Source: Phoronis australis
Lineage: Eukaryota > Animalia > Phoronida
Length of the DNA: 49,362 bases
Assembly: GCA_002633005.1 (NCBI GenBank)
Contig: NMRA01000413.1
Location: 1 to 49,362 of the forward strand
Direction of reading: 5' to 3'
Shown: piece after piece, positions 37,801 through 49,362 of the stretch
How the letters are laid out: the number at the start of each line of letters is the position of its first letter
How positions within the stretch are numbered: the first letter of the stretch is position 1
Notes under the pieces: generated by a model
Database searches by the model: none
Told to the model about the DNA's origin: nothing
Seen by the model: only the letters and a program-made list of their open reading frames with translations
Position numbers and translations under genes: made by a program

Positions 37801-38910
37801 TGCAAGGCCCAAGGGGGGGGGGACTACCAAGGCAAAGTGTAATCATTTCCCAAGTTGGGTATATTGGCATTGGTTGTGTGTGCTTATATGTCTATGTTCG
37901 TAGTAATTCTTGGAAGCTCCTGATTTTGAAGTCTCATATCACTACAGGTCAATAATTTGCAAGGTTCACTTGCCTCATCCATGCACCCATCCTAAAATAT
38001 ATGGGGGGTGCTCAAAATTTTGGTCAAGTTGACCTTTTACTAAAAAACGGGGTATGTTCAGAGCTGTGTACAGTGCATTCCTGAATTACAGCTTTTTAGT
38101 GGACTCGTGTCTCGTTTCCTCAATTTTTTTTGTTTCTATGAGGCTGACAATTTCATGCATAATTCGGCAAGTGGGGTGGGGGGTGCCCATTCGAGCCTCC
38201 CCTGGGTGCACGCATGTGCCTGCTTCTCAAAATTGAGAATCATCAATGTAACTATTGTATTGCCTATTTTGACTGATTTGCTCAGGTTTGTCGGGAGGAT
38301 CTAGGTTATTGAAAGCAAAAGGACATTCCGATCCCATTACTAGTACCCTATCTGGAATACCCCTCGGCATAGGTCACAATGTACCCAAGTGAACTCTCAC
38401 CAGTCAACATGTTAACTATTGTTACATACAGTGAAACTTGCATAATTTCTATCTAATTGCACCAAATAATTCAATGCAAATAAGGAAAATCTGTGTGATT
38501 TGCTTTTGGATTTTTACCGGGTTGTGGTATACTAGAATGTCGCACTTAAAATTTTCACATTCAATGCGAGTTCTACTGGTTTTATTGAAATCAAACATTT
38601 CAGTTTCATGGTGAAAGTGATAGTTAATCTGGGTACAACTTTACTTAGGAGTTGAGTTGAGTTGAATATGGACTGACTAGAATGATCTCCCCATGTCTGT
38701 AGGGGCATATTCTTTTCCCTCTAGAAATTTGCTTGGAACCTCATTTTAATATCTTTGCAAATGTCAGCCAGTAAAGTGATTGGTAGGACTCGGAGTACAG
38801 GATATAGTATTTTTATGTTTACTGTACTAGTAAATGAGATAATAATTTTATTTTTACTGTACACTATTATGGTTACGTAAGACCTCTCGTGAAGACCATG
38901 CCAGTATCTG

Positions 38911-39073
38911 CAATGGTGGATTCAGAGGACAGCTAAGAGGCCTTGGCCCCGACCCCCTAAAACGTTACAAGATCAATTGGCAGTTGGGGGGCAGGGGGTG
39001 AATGTCTGATAGCAAAACCCTACTCTGCCCTAACCCCCCAACTCAAAATCCTGGATCCGCCCGAACGCCCCTG
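38911..39073. mobile_element. ~150-bp hAT-like MITE
   Basis: CAATGGTGGATTCAGAGG...AAAATCCTGGATCCGCCC...CCCCTG; same family as 20280 and 33242. Confidence 0.6.
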
Positions 39074-40400
39074 ATCTTTACATGGATAGCATTCCCTGTA
39101 AATGGGTTATGTCTGAATTCTTAATAAGCTATCACATACTGTTATGCTTGCTAATATCTCATTGTTTTCAGGTCTCTATTACGGTAACTTGGCGGAGGGC
39201 TTGGAAGAACTAGACATCCAAACATTTGCATCGAAACAATCACCCAGGGGTGGTATTGGGCTGTCTACATCCACATGGCAGGTAGAGCTTCATATGTTTC
39301 ATTGTTGAGTTAAAAATAGTGCTGCTATCAGGGTTTGAATTGGAAACAATATGAAATATGTCCTTGGTTTAGCCAATGGGCTTATAATCTTTAACATGCT
39401 CACTGATTCTTGTAGCCATTTGGTCAAGTCAATTTAAAGCTTCTTGGTTTTGCTATAAGTTTCAAAAAGTACAAGCGAAAGTATACATGTGAGATTAAAC
39501 TTTCAGTTCTAACCCTGGTTGTGCCGGCTAATTGTCCATGAAACATCAGTAAGAAGCTCCACGCTAGCTGGAGACAGCTAGTTAGAATACAACTAGCTCT
39601 GCTCATTATGCAGAGTTGTGCATTTTCTTATCAGATTAACGAATTAAACAATGAAAAGTTCATAAAAATAATGGGAATTGTAGTTTATTGCAGTTGCCAA
39701 CAGTTTCATCATTTGATAAAAATATTAATTAATTTGTCATAGAACTTGAACTAAAAAGTTACAGAACACTATGCCTGGTTAGCCTGAAGTCCAACTTTTA
39801 TTAACATGTTAAGTTTTGTCATATGCACGGTTTGTTCTAGATTGTAATAGCATGATAGATGACCATGTGCATGTTTTGTATTTAAGTTGTATAGAATAAA
39901 ATTGTTTTGAATGTCGCGAATCCTGGATTAAAACTTCATTCAAAACAGTATGTGGAAAACTGACCCACTGCAGTGCATGCTTGAACTAAATTTGCAGACT
40001 AGTCTTGCACTTGAATTCTGGAGAGTGATTGGTTAAATTTTGAGTTTGAAGACTATTTTCTAAGCTCTGTATATAAGTCAGGAAGTTTTACAAATTAGTG
40101 TTGTATAAACAGCACGATAAATATCCAGCAAGTTAGTTGTCTTATACTGATAGCTTTTACTCGTCTGTTATTAAAATTTGTTGTCTTTATTGCAGAGTGT
40201 GCCTTCAACAATCGCTGGATATGGAAGGCTACCCAGACAACACAACGTACGCACTTACGAACTGCAGCTCATGAACCTATGATTTCAGTTATCTGAGCTC
40301 AGAAATGCGCTTTTGTAGTCACAAAACATGGATTATTTGCCTGTGAAGCTAAGCGAGCAGATCCAGCTAAAGAAGATTAAGTGGCTTGTGGTCTACCATA

Positions 40401-40897
40401 AGGCCCTTTCACATTGACTTAACTCTTGTCCTAGAGGAGCATCGGCATATACTGCGAAGTTAACTGGACCGTTTATTCTGGCTTCAGTAGTTAATGAACT
40501 TCCAAGTATACAGTAGGTGACGCTGTCGTGATCGAAGGTATTGCAAGGTAGCACTGCACGCTAAGATGTGACAACTTGGGAACATTTGCATGTGTTAATT
40601 GACATAAAACTTATTTTTAAATTGATTGGTGATTATTAGAGCAAGGAATAAGCAACTATTAGCCATCACACTACTATGCAATTGTTAATGATAACAGTGG
40701 CCCCTGGCAATAACATCGATAGGACCGAAGTTGATCGTTTTTACTGCGTGGCAGCGTTGACGCTAAGTAATTAAATCCACCTGATTAGTGTGAATTAACT
40801 GGCGCTGTTAACTTTCTTCCAGGACCAAAGTTTAAGTGTTCATTCTGACATTAACTCCCAAAAACTTCGACGCGTCGATGTTAGTATGAAAGGCCCT
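40401..40897. mobile_element. Harbinger-like MITE
   Basis: Inverted ends AGGCCCTTTCACA / TATGAAAGGCCCT flanked by ATA on both sides. Confidence 0.6.
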
Positions 40898-41013
40898 ATA
40901 GATATGTGTATGGAGTTCAGTAGCTTTAAATTAAAAGAAAAAGGAATATTTTTGTGGTCAAAGGTCTAAGTTTTCTAATTTCCATCTCGTATAACCAGGT
41001 TGTACTTACTTAA

Positions 41014-41222
41014 GAGTGCAGTACACTTCAGACCAGGCAAAAATCCATGCAGGGGTGATAAACCCTATGTGACGGATTTGGATCATATTATGCATTTTTG
41101 TTTACTTTCTTATGGTAATTACTAAAATGCACTTTAAACAAATTCTATCGCGTTAGGTTGCTTAAAAGTCGGGTACCTCAGTTTTCACTGAAAACCACTA
41201 TCAGAACTTACCCCCAATCACA
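41014..41222 (+). mobile_element. Kolobok-like DNA transposon end, copy 2 (element probably continues rightwards)
   Basis: Aligns with 30485-30690; preceded by TTAA. Confidence 0.6.
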
Positions 41223-41997
41223 GTTTTTGTGACATTGTAAGTAATTACAGAAGCTACTAGAAAATGAAATAGCTACTGTTTTGTATAAAGTCATCCATTG
41301 TCTTCCTAAAAATGAAAAATAAAAGTGTTAAGTTGCCCCTTAAATTCCACATTTTGGGGTTTGAAGGGTCATGGGGTCATACAAGCAGAAAATATGAATA
41401 ACATGCCCAGGTTTGAATGAGTCAATCTCAGCTGAAGCCAAATTTTACACTTTGAAACTTAATCGCGGGTTTGTTCTATCTTAGTAGAATGGATATTTGG
41501 CATCAAAACCACCGGCAAACACATGTCTTCATGAGCAATTGTTTGCAGCCACCTCAGCCAAAGTGAGCACTTGTGACAATAGCTACTAGTCATCGAAAGT
41601 GTTGAGTTTTGAGATTTAAAAGTGCTCAAATGGTTGTTAAATTATTGGGCTTATTTCTTAGCAAATAAAATTTGATAAAACTGGGTTTTTTTTACTGTGA
41701 ATTACCATTTCGATGAAGAGCCCTTCAGGTGTCTCTGATATCACTGAAGAAAAAATGGCTGATGAGGTGGTGGAAGTAGTTAATATAGTGTGTTCGTTGG
41801 CATAATCTTTCAAATCGGGTTTATGGAGCGTCAAAGGAATATCGAAACCATGCAGCAAGCAACTAACTGATTGCAGCAAGTCCATAGCAAGCCATCTGAA
41901 ATATGTTAAAGTCATCGACCCAGTCCCGTTCAGTGACAGTGCTGAAGTGAAAGTGGCAGCTGATTCTTGCCAGGGTCAGAGTGGGTGTCTACAACAG

Positions 41998-42300
41998 TAG
42001 TAAGATATGTGCCCACCTTCAACATCAGAAAGGCTCCGGTTAAGCCCAAGGCCAAGCTTGAGTTTGGAATGTAAGTGGAAATACAGTCAACAAAGAATTT
42101 CTGGAAGAACAGAATGACCCCTACCCCCCCCCCCAGTTTGTGAAAATCGTCGATCTCAGCATGGAATCAGATAGAGACCAAGTAAAAGTAAGATATGTGC
42201 CCACCTTCAACATCAGAAAGGCTCTAAGCCCAAGGCCAAGCTTGAGTTTGGAATGTAAGTGGAAATACAGTCAACAAAGAATTTCTGGAAGAACAGAATG
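41998..42300. repeat. Local direct repeat of ~115 bp
   Basis: AGTAAGATATGTGCCCACC...GGAAGAACAGAATG at ~41999-42116 and ~42187-42300. Confidence 0.85.
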
Positions 42301-45300
42301 TATCGATTCTAGTTGGGTCAGGTAAGTTGTTATGCAGCTGCAGGTCATCAATACTCTATACCTGTTGATAACGACTTTATTATATTTGCTTTCTCAACTA
42401 GATTTTGACTGCAGTTGCCATGAAGGGCACAACCCTACATGAAGTAAAGCGACACTCGAGTACTAGAGTAATTTTAGTAACTTCTTCCAGCACTGACTTG
42501 TATTAGTAAAACAGTTCATTTTATCTCAATATTTAGGATTTGTCTAAATACATTCCATTTTATGAATACGCATGTGTAAAAAGTGGAAATTTGGTGTCCA
42601 TTATCAAAAGATTTAATCGAGCCCTTGTCTCCTAGCTGACACCAATTTCTCATCTAATTCACCTGTTGTCACTAATGATTGGTCACATTGCTCTATCTGC
42701 ATAACCAGAGATACATAATTTTCCAAATATGCAGTGCAACCCCATTACAATNTTGAATAACAGATGATCGCGTAACAGCAGCCTCAAGTTGTTTAAGAAC
42801 GAAGACCTGTACTGTTAGTCTGGAAATATCCGTTTATTACCCTCATAGTGGAGGGGCTGAGCAATAGGGTATAGGCACAGGAACTATTTGATGGTTGGAG
42901 GATGGGGAACCAATCTATTCACTTTTCAATTTTATTTCAAACACTAGCCGTAGAAGCCTCGTCGTGAAACTTATAGAGCTAACAACCTGCAGGGGTGCAT
43001 GCAGAATCTGGGAATGAATCGACATTCACAGTTCCTGTTACAGCTGTTCATGGAAGTAAACGAAATCTATTAAACGTAATTTTTCATAATTCTCCGCCTT
43101 TTGTAACAAAGGAAAATCCTGCCGTAGTTTTGAAAACGGTGCAATATCGTGACACGCGAATGTACGCGCCATTTCCAAAAACTTTGCGATATCTCTCGAG
43201 AGTATTTTCTGAAATTGTTTTTTTTGTATTGATATAGTAAAAACTTGTAACGAAATGAAACCACTTCCGATTGTTATGACATGTACGCAACCTACACAGT
43301 TGATTGAAGAACATGGAAATTGTCCCGATAGCTGACGCAACTGCACCCAAAGAGCGCATCTCAATTTTAACAGCAGAATAACTGAAGAACGCCAATTTTC
43401 CAACACTCCGGTAAATAATTTAGTTTACTCAAGGAAGAGTAAAAAAATTTTAATGAGACATCATTAATTTTGGTGGCGACAGGCTTGACACGACAGAAGC
43501 CGGGGGGAGTGATAGTAAGACGACGAAGTGAAGTCACCCAGGACTTTGAGCCGACAAACTGAAGTCACCAAGGCTAGTACGAAACTGGCCACCCTCCTCC
43601 TCAGCCGGTNAGAATAACTGAAGAACGCCAATTTTCCAACACTCCGGTAAATAATTTAGTTTACTCAAGGAAGAGTAAAAAATTTTAATGAGACATCATT
43701 AATTTTGGTGGCGACAGGCTTGACACGACAGAAGCCGGGGGGAGTGATAGTAAGACGACGAAGTGACGTCACCCAGGACTTTGAGCCGACAAACTGAAGT
43801 CACCAAGGCTAGTATGAAACTGGCCACCCTCCTCCTCAGCCGGTGCAATACCTGACACCAACACGGTGCCGAAACGGGCGCAACGAAGTTCTGTAGTGGA
43901 GCGAGGCAGACGGAGTTTGTGCAAACGATGCATTTTATGTAGGATAGTTCACATGTCAAAACTTAATGAATCATTGCTTAATCGACATTTATTGATACCC
44001 GCAATATTATAAAACCAAACAAAATATTGGCTTACATGTAAGTATGAAATTGGCACAACAAATAAAATGCATCCATTGCTTTCTAGTAAGAAAAAAAATG
44101 TTAAAGGAAAGGGGAATGCTCAAAATTGTGAAAGGTCAAGTCATGGGTGTATCACTGGACAACAATCATTTGTCTTTCAAACAAGATATTTTGTACAACA
44201 ATGGGACAACTATCAACAAGCTGATGGATAAGTGATTTTTTTGCAAAATATAATACATGTTTTGTCCCCTTGTGTGGTACTTTGCTCTTCGGCAGCCTTT
44301 AAGACTCTGTGGCCCCCTTCAAGTGGGCTGCCTATATTAAAATTGACGGCCTCGCNTGATAGTAAGCCGACGAAGTGACGTCACCCAGGACTTTGAGCCG
44401 ACAAACTGAAGTCACCAAGGCTAGTACGAAACCGGCCACCCTCCCTCTGCCTCCTCGAAAAAATGACCCGCAAGAAAAAAAGAACACCTCAAATCCAAAT
44501 AGTTAGCCGGTGCAATACCTGACACCAACACGGTGCCGAAACGGGCGCAACGAAGTTCTGTAGTGGAGCGGGGCAGACGGAGTTTGTGCAAACGATGCAT
44601 TTTATATAGGATAGTTCACATGTCAAAACTTAATGAATCTGATTCATTGCTTAATCGACATTTATTGATACCCGCAATATTATAAAACCAAACAAAATAT
44701 TGGCTTACGTGTAAGTATGAAATTGGCACAACAAATAAAATGCATCCATTGCTTTCTAGTAAGAAAAAAAATGTTAAAGGAAAGGGGAATGTTCAAAATT
44801 GTGAAAGGTCAAGTCATGGGGTGTATCACTGGACAACAATCATTTGTCTTTCAAACAAGATATTTTGTACNATTGGCTTACATGTAAGTATGAAATTGGC
44901 ACAACAAATAAAATGCATCCATTGCTTTCTAGTAAGAAAAAAAAATGCTAAAGGAAAGGGGAATGCTCAAAATTGTGAAAGGTCAAGTCATGGGGTGTGT
45001 CACTGGACAACAATCATTTGTCTTTCAAACAAGATATTTTGTACAACAATGAGACAACTATCAACAAGCTGATCGATAAGTGATTTTTTTGCAAAATATA
45101 ATACATGTTTTGTCCCCTTGTGTGGCACTTTGCTCTTCGGCAGCCTTTAAGACTCTGTGTCCCCCTTCAAGTGGGCTGCCTATATTAAAATTGATGGCCT
45201 CGCTCGTCAGGCGAGGTAACTCATATTAATATAGGAAGCCCAGTCTCCAGCTGCCCTCGGGCGTTTACTAGGGCTAATACGGTGTCTATAAATGAGACCA

Positions 45301-45699
45301 AGAAAGCAACTTGGATTTGGTGGACAGAAAGTCGTAACTATATATAGCTGTCTATTAATTTAAAAGCAGCCATTGACAACCCCTCCCATTGTTTGATTAG
45401 GTTAATTTACCTAATTACATGGCGAATCATGGTATCTGCCGTCACCTGAACCTTCATCAAGCTTTTTTGTCTGCACTCTACATACAGGTTGCACTATTTG
45501 TCCCAATTGGCACAAAATTCACCCACAATTTCTATTCCCCTAAGTGCTAGAAGCCTAAGGTCGTTCATCATGATCAGATTCAAGATGGCGGACGTGTTGG
45601 CTATTTTGTTTTCGAAGTCAAATTCACTCCCAAATGCTCACAGAGGTCGCATTTCTATGCGCCCACATACCTATATGTGGGTGCAAATTGCCTTCATTT

Positions 45700-46685
45700 C
45701 TGTCTGAGCGTCCAGCGTCCGCAGCTGTATCTCCTGAACCCCTCAAAGTATCTTCACCAAATTTGACAGATGGGTTCATATGAAGATGACGACAGAAGAG
45801 GACGAATTTCGGACGGATCTGACAACCATTGTGCCCCCTAGTGGCTATTATTGTTTTACATTTACCTCTGTATCTTTAAAGGTCGTCTACAGGTTTTTGT
45901 GAAACTTGGCATATAGGCACCTGTTAGTTGGATGCTGCTATATTCCTGTTTTCGGAAGGAGTCAAGGTATTTTGCGCCACCTAATAACCATTTTCACTGT
46001 TTTTTTGGCATCCGCCTCTATCAACCAAACCGCTCTTTAAGATGATTGTAAAAATTGGCATGCATGTATTTTCTTACTATGAAGTGAAAGCCTGACGATG
46101 ATTTTCTGATTAATCTGGCTACTGTGGCACCTCCTAGTGGCAGTTTATTGGTGACATGATGCTATCTCCCTATTTTCCGATTTATTTGAGACATTTTGCG
46201 CCACCTAGTGGCCATTTATGTTCTTTCCAATCGTTTTTTGGCATCTGCTCCTCTATCAACTAAACCATTTTATGGATTATTGTGAAAATGGATATATCTG
46301 TTCTCAGTTTGAAGAGTATGGCTGACGATGACGACTAACTACTGTGGCGCCTCCTAGCTTTTTTGCGCCTATAGCTGTATGTCCTAAGCCTACTGCAGGA
46401 TCTTAATTAAATTTCGCAAGTATATTCATATCATGTTGAGAACAGATATTGACAACTTTCAGGTGCATTGCCCCCTAGTGGCCATTCCATTTTTTCCGGT
46501 CTTCCTTTGTTTCTCTATAGTTTCTTGACAGATTTTTATGGAAATTGGTAAATACCTTCTATTAAAGAAAAGATGTTTCTGTTTTCGGATGGAGTTGACA
46601 TGTTTTGCGCCATCTGGTGGCCATTTTTATGATACAAATAGATGTCACAAGAAGCATGCTGTTTGTGATGCCCAATTGCTTCAAA
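45700..46685 (+). mobile_element. HINE/DINE-1-like (Helentron-associated) element with degenerate ~140-150-bp internal tandem repeats
   Basis: GCGTCC micro-repeat, then units with CCAAATTTG/AAACTTGGCA/AAAATTGGCA and recurring GCGCCMYCTAGTGGCC; family assignment by architecture only. Confidence 0.5.
45831..46622 (-). promoter_or_regulatory. Cluster of CTCF-consensus-like motifs (5 near-complete, 2 degenerate), all co-oriented
   Basis: + strand GTGCCCCCTAGTGGCT (45831), GCGCCACCTAATAACC (45974), GCACCTCCTAGTGGCA (46127), GCGCCACCTAGTGGCC (46198), GCGCCTCCTAGC (46347), TTGCCCCCTAGTGGCC (46468), GCGCCATCTGGTGGCC (46607) = reverse complement of CCASYAGRKGGCRS; binding not shown. Confidence 0.5.
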
Positions 46686-46691
46686 ATTTTT

Positions 46692-46869
46692 CGCTCTCCG
46701 GCAGCCTTTCGGCGGGCCCCCTATATTAATATAGGAGGCCCCGCTCTCCGGCCTCCTTTCGGCGGGGCCCCCTATATTAATATGGGGGGCCTCGCTTTTG
46801 AGGTCCAAAATTCAATTTTTTGCCTATGTCATTTTAATAAGAATAAGTCATTTTAAATAATAAGCTGTT
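46692..46869. repeat. Palindromic-subterminal element end, copy 3
   Basis: Near-identical to 1-223; more decayed units at ~45178-45256. Confidence 0.85.
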
Positions 46870-47538
46870 CGACCCAAATTCTTTAATTTGGATAATTTGA
46901 CATTTCGCTGTTTCGATCTCATGCTCACGGCGTGTTTTAACCCCCGATTTCATTTCTGTATCTATTTCGTACTTTGGTCTCCCAACGCGTGGTGTGTCTA
47001 ACAATGAAGTGTTGACCTATTTTTAAAGTGCACCAAGCTTGACCCGCTTAATATGCTGGCTTTGCCCATGACCTAGTCTTAATCGACTTGGCTGATTAAG
47101 ACGTTTTTTGTGATAAATAAGTTAATTACGAACTGCAAATTCAGATTACATTGCGCGTGAATGTTGAACTAATGAACGCGTCTAAGGGGTGCCTAGGTTA
47201 TATTGACAGTAAACGAGTTTTCGCCGAATAATTCACCGAATACCTTGGGATATTCACCTCTCAAGATTTAATTGGCTTTTTCTCGAAAACGGCTCGGTGG
47301 ATTTCGCAGGAACTTTCCAAACTCAATATTTATTCATCAATCTCAGAAACGCTATTAGGATTTTCGATATAAAGGACAATATAACAAAAACTAATACGAC
47401 TGCTATGTTTTACAAAAATAACTTGAGGCAACTGGTGAAGTTTTCATTTAAAAAAGTTTCATAAAAATCGACCGAGGGTTATTTTGCTATGAATGTACTT
47501 TTGTTAAAACTGAAATTTTGACTTAAAAAGGTGTTAAC

Positions 47539-47539
<1 letters not shown>

Positions 47540-47594
<55 letters not shown>
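47540..47594. repeat. (AAT)n microsatellite
   Basis: Direct reading. Confidence 0.98.
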
Positions 47595-47595
<1 letters not shown>

Positions 47596-49173
47596 GTAAA
47601 TAAATGTAAATATAAAACATTCTTACATTCCTTGATATTTTTTCATTCAGAAAATATTTACCTTTACTAGTTGACAAAGCCTAGTTTTTTGATATACGAG
47701 TTAGAATGGAGGCCACTAAAGAATGTTTGAGATAACCTGTAAGGTGGTATAAAACAGGAAAAAACGGACTAAATTGCATTATTCAAAGTGTTTCTCTGAC
47801 ACCGAAACAGACGTCAAACTGTTCATCAGGTATTTTTACGTTTTGTTGGTTAAGATTTTGTATTTCTGTTGATGTTAAAGTATTTTCTTTTGTTTTCAAA
47901 TTTAAAAAAACGACCTGTTAACTGCTCGTCACTTCGTCGAATTTTCTCCTACATGGCAAAGCACCTCTCCTTACTTGGTATGGCAAGACATAGATGTAGC
48001 GAATTTCTCTTACATGGCAACGGTGACCTTTGACCAATGATGTCGATAAAACTGGCAATTTCAAGCAGCAGCCAGTCTGACTTCTTTACGCATGCGCATA
48101 AATATTAGGGTTGGGAGAATTTGAAAACTGTAGGGCAGAGTTTTTATTTCGTCTGTGTTCTAAAAAGAGTGAATCTGCCGACTTTTTTCTGGATATTATT
48201 GCAACATTCAAACTGAACATTTTTCACGTTAGCATCCCATGAAGTAGATTCGCCATGATATGTTGAAAAGGTATTTTTTTTACAAGTTTTCGCCTTCCAT
48301 GCATCTTTAAGCCTGCAATACGACATTCTTTGACAGTACATGGTAATATATTCAATGCATTTCCAGGTATTATGGCGGGTTCTCCATGTCCATCGGAGAT
48401 TATGAAACAAGTCATTAATAGGATGAACATGCCAGAGATCACAGTAAGGATGTATATAATGCGTCCATCATGGTCCTGTCCTTATGTCGTTGTAGAACAT
48501 GCAATTTTCTGATTTCTGAATAAAGAACACAACTTTGATTTTTAGACTTACAATGAAATGAAGAGTTAGCCACAAAGGTCATGTGTACTTACTTTCTTTT
48601 TGACTGAAATGTGTTGTTTTCAATTACACGTGGCACACTATGTCGAGGTTTCTTGCCACTGGCCTTTTGTGAACAGCTGGCAGTTGGTGTATTGTTGACC
48701 CGTTGTTATTAGGCTTAGCCAACTTTCATCAGTCTGTAAGAGATTACTATTGAAACAGAAGTGACGCATGAACTTTGCCCCGCATAAGGACGGAATTTTG
48801 AGGCAATGAAAAACTTGTAACTTACAATTTTTGAGTGATACCCCTTATTTATATATTCAAGGAATCAAGCAAATACCATTGCAAAATGAGAAGCCCTAGA
48901 TGCCTAAGTTGAAATAGCTTATCACCATGTCTTGTGGGACTGAAAGCCGGAGAAGGAATTAGCGAACGGTGTTTTGTAATGTACCATGAGCGAAATGTAG
49001 TGCTCAATACATTGTTAAAATGTGATTCTTTAGACAAAATTATGTACATCGGTACCCGATCTTTCTCATTATGAAGTTAATTTGTTGTTTTGTTTACAGG
49101 CAAAGTTAGCTATGTGAAGTTTTACTCTTTTTAACACAAATTTTACAAAGTGGTTTGAGTACTCACTTTTTGT

Positions 49174-49326
49174 TACTACTACTACTGCTACTGCTACTGC
49201 TACTGCTACTACTGTTACTTCTAGTGCTACTGCTAATACTACTACTACTACTACTACTACTATTGCTACTGCTACTGCTACTACTACTACTGCTACTGCT
49301 ACTGCTACTGCTACTACTACTACTGG

Positions 49327-49362
<36 letters not shown>
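49174..49362. repeat. Compound (TAC)n/(TGC) trinucleotide microsatellite
   Basis: Direct reading, runs to window end. Confidence 0.98.

Noticed and set aside
43845-43970. Cys-containing peptide (..KRAQRSSVVERGRRSLCKRCILC..) like a piggyBac C-terminal domain
   Set aside because: Cys spacing incomplete and no transposase core nearby
43376-45203. Nested tandem duplications of 170-600 bp
   Set aside because: Breakpoints coincide with single Ns at 43610, 44356 and 44871; likely haplotype or overlap artefacts

Overview
AT-rich, intron- and repeat-rich eukaryotic (invertebrate-like metazoan) genomic DNA, not prokaryotic; most track ORFs are spurious. Main gene signal: six single-domain fibronectin type III (FN3) exons on the minus strand (4255-4503, 5761-6012, 17448-17696, 24688-24936, 28320-28568, 29817-30068). 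All have AG/GT splice sites, are phase 1-1 and 249 or 252 nt, and arose by tandem duplication of a two-exon (A+B) cassette with its introns. One cassette has lost its B exon, and two A exons are a very recent duplicate pair differing mostly by amino-acid changes. The rest is a transposon mosaic: BEL/Pao integrase and LINE remnants, an intron-containing Ginger2/KRBA2-like integrase element with a recognisable end, Harbinger-, Kolobok-, pogo- and hAT-like MITEs, and a family with ~50-bp palindromic subterminal repeats. A HINE-like tandem repeat carries about seven co-oriented CTCF-consensus-like motifs, convergent with weaker motifs beside the A exons. A 537-N gap and eight single-N joins, several with duplicated flanks, indicate assembly artefacts. 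All family assignments are by eye; no searches were run.
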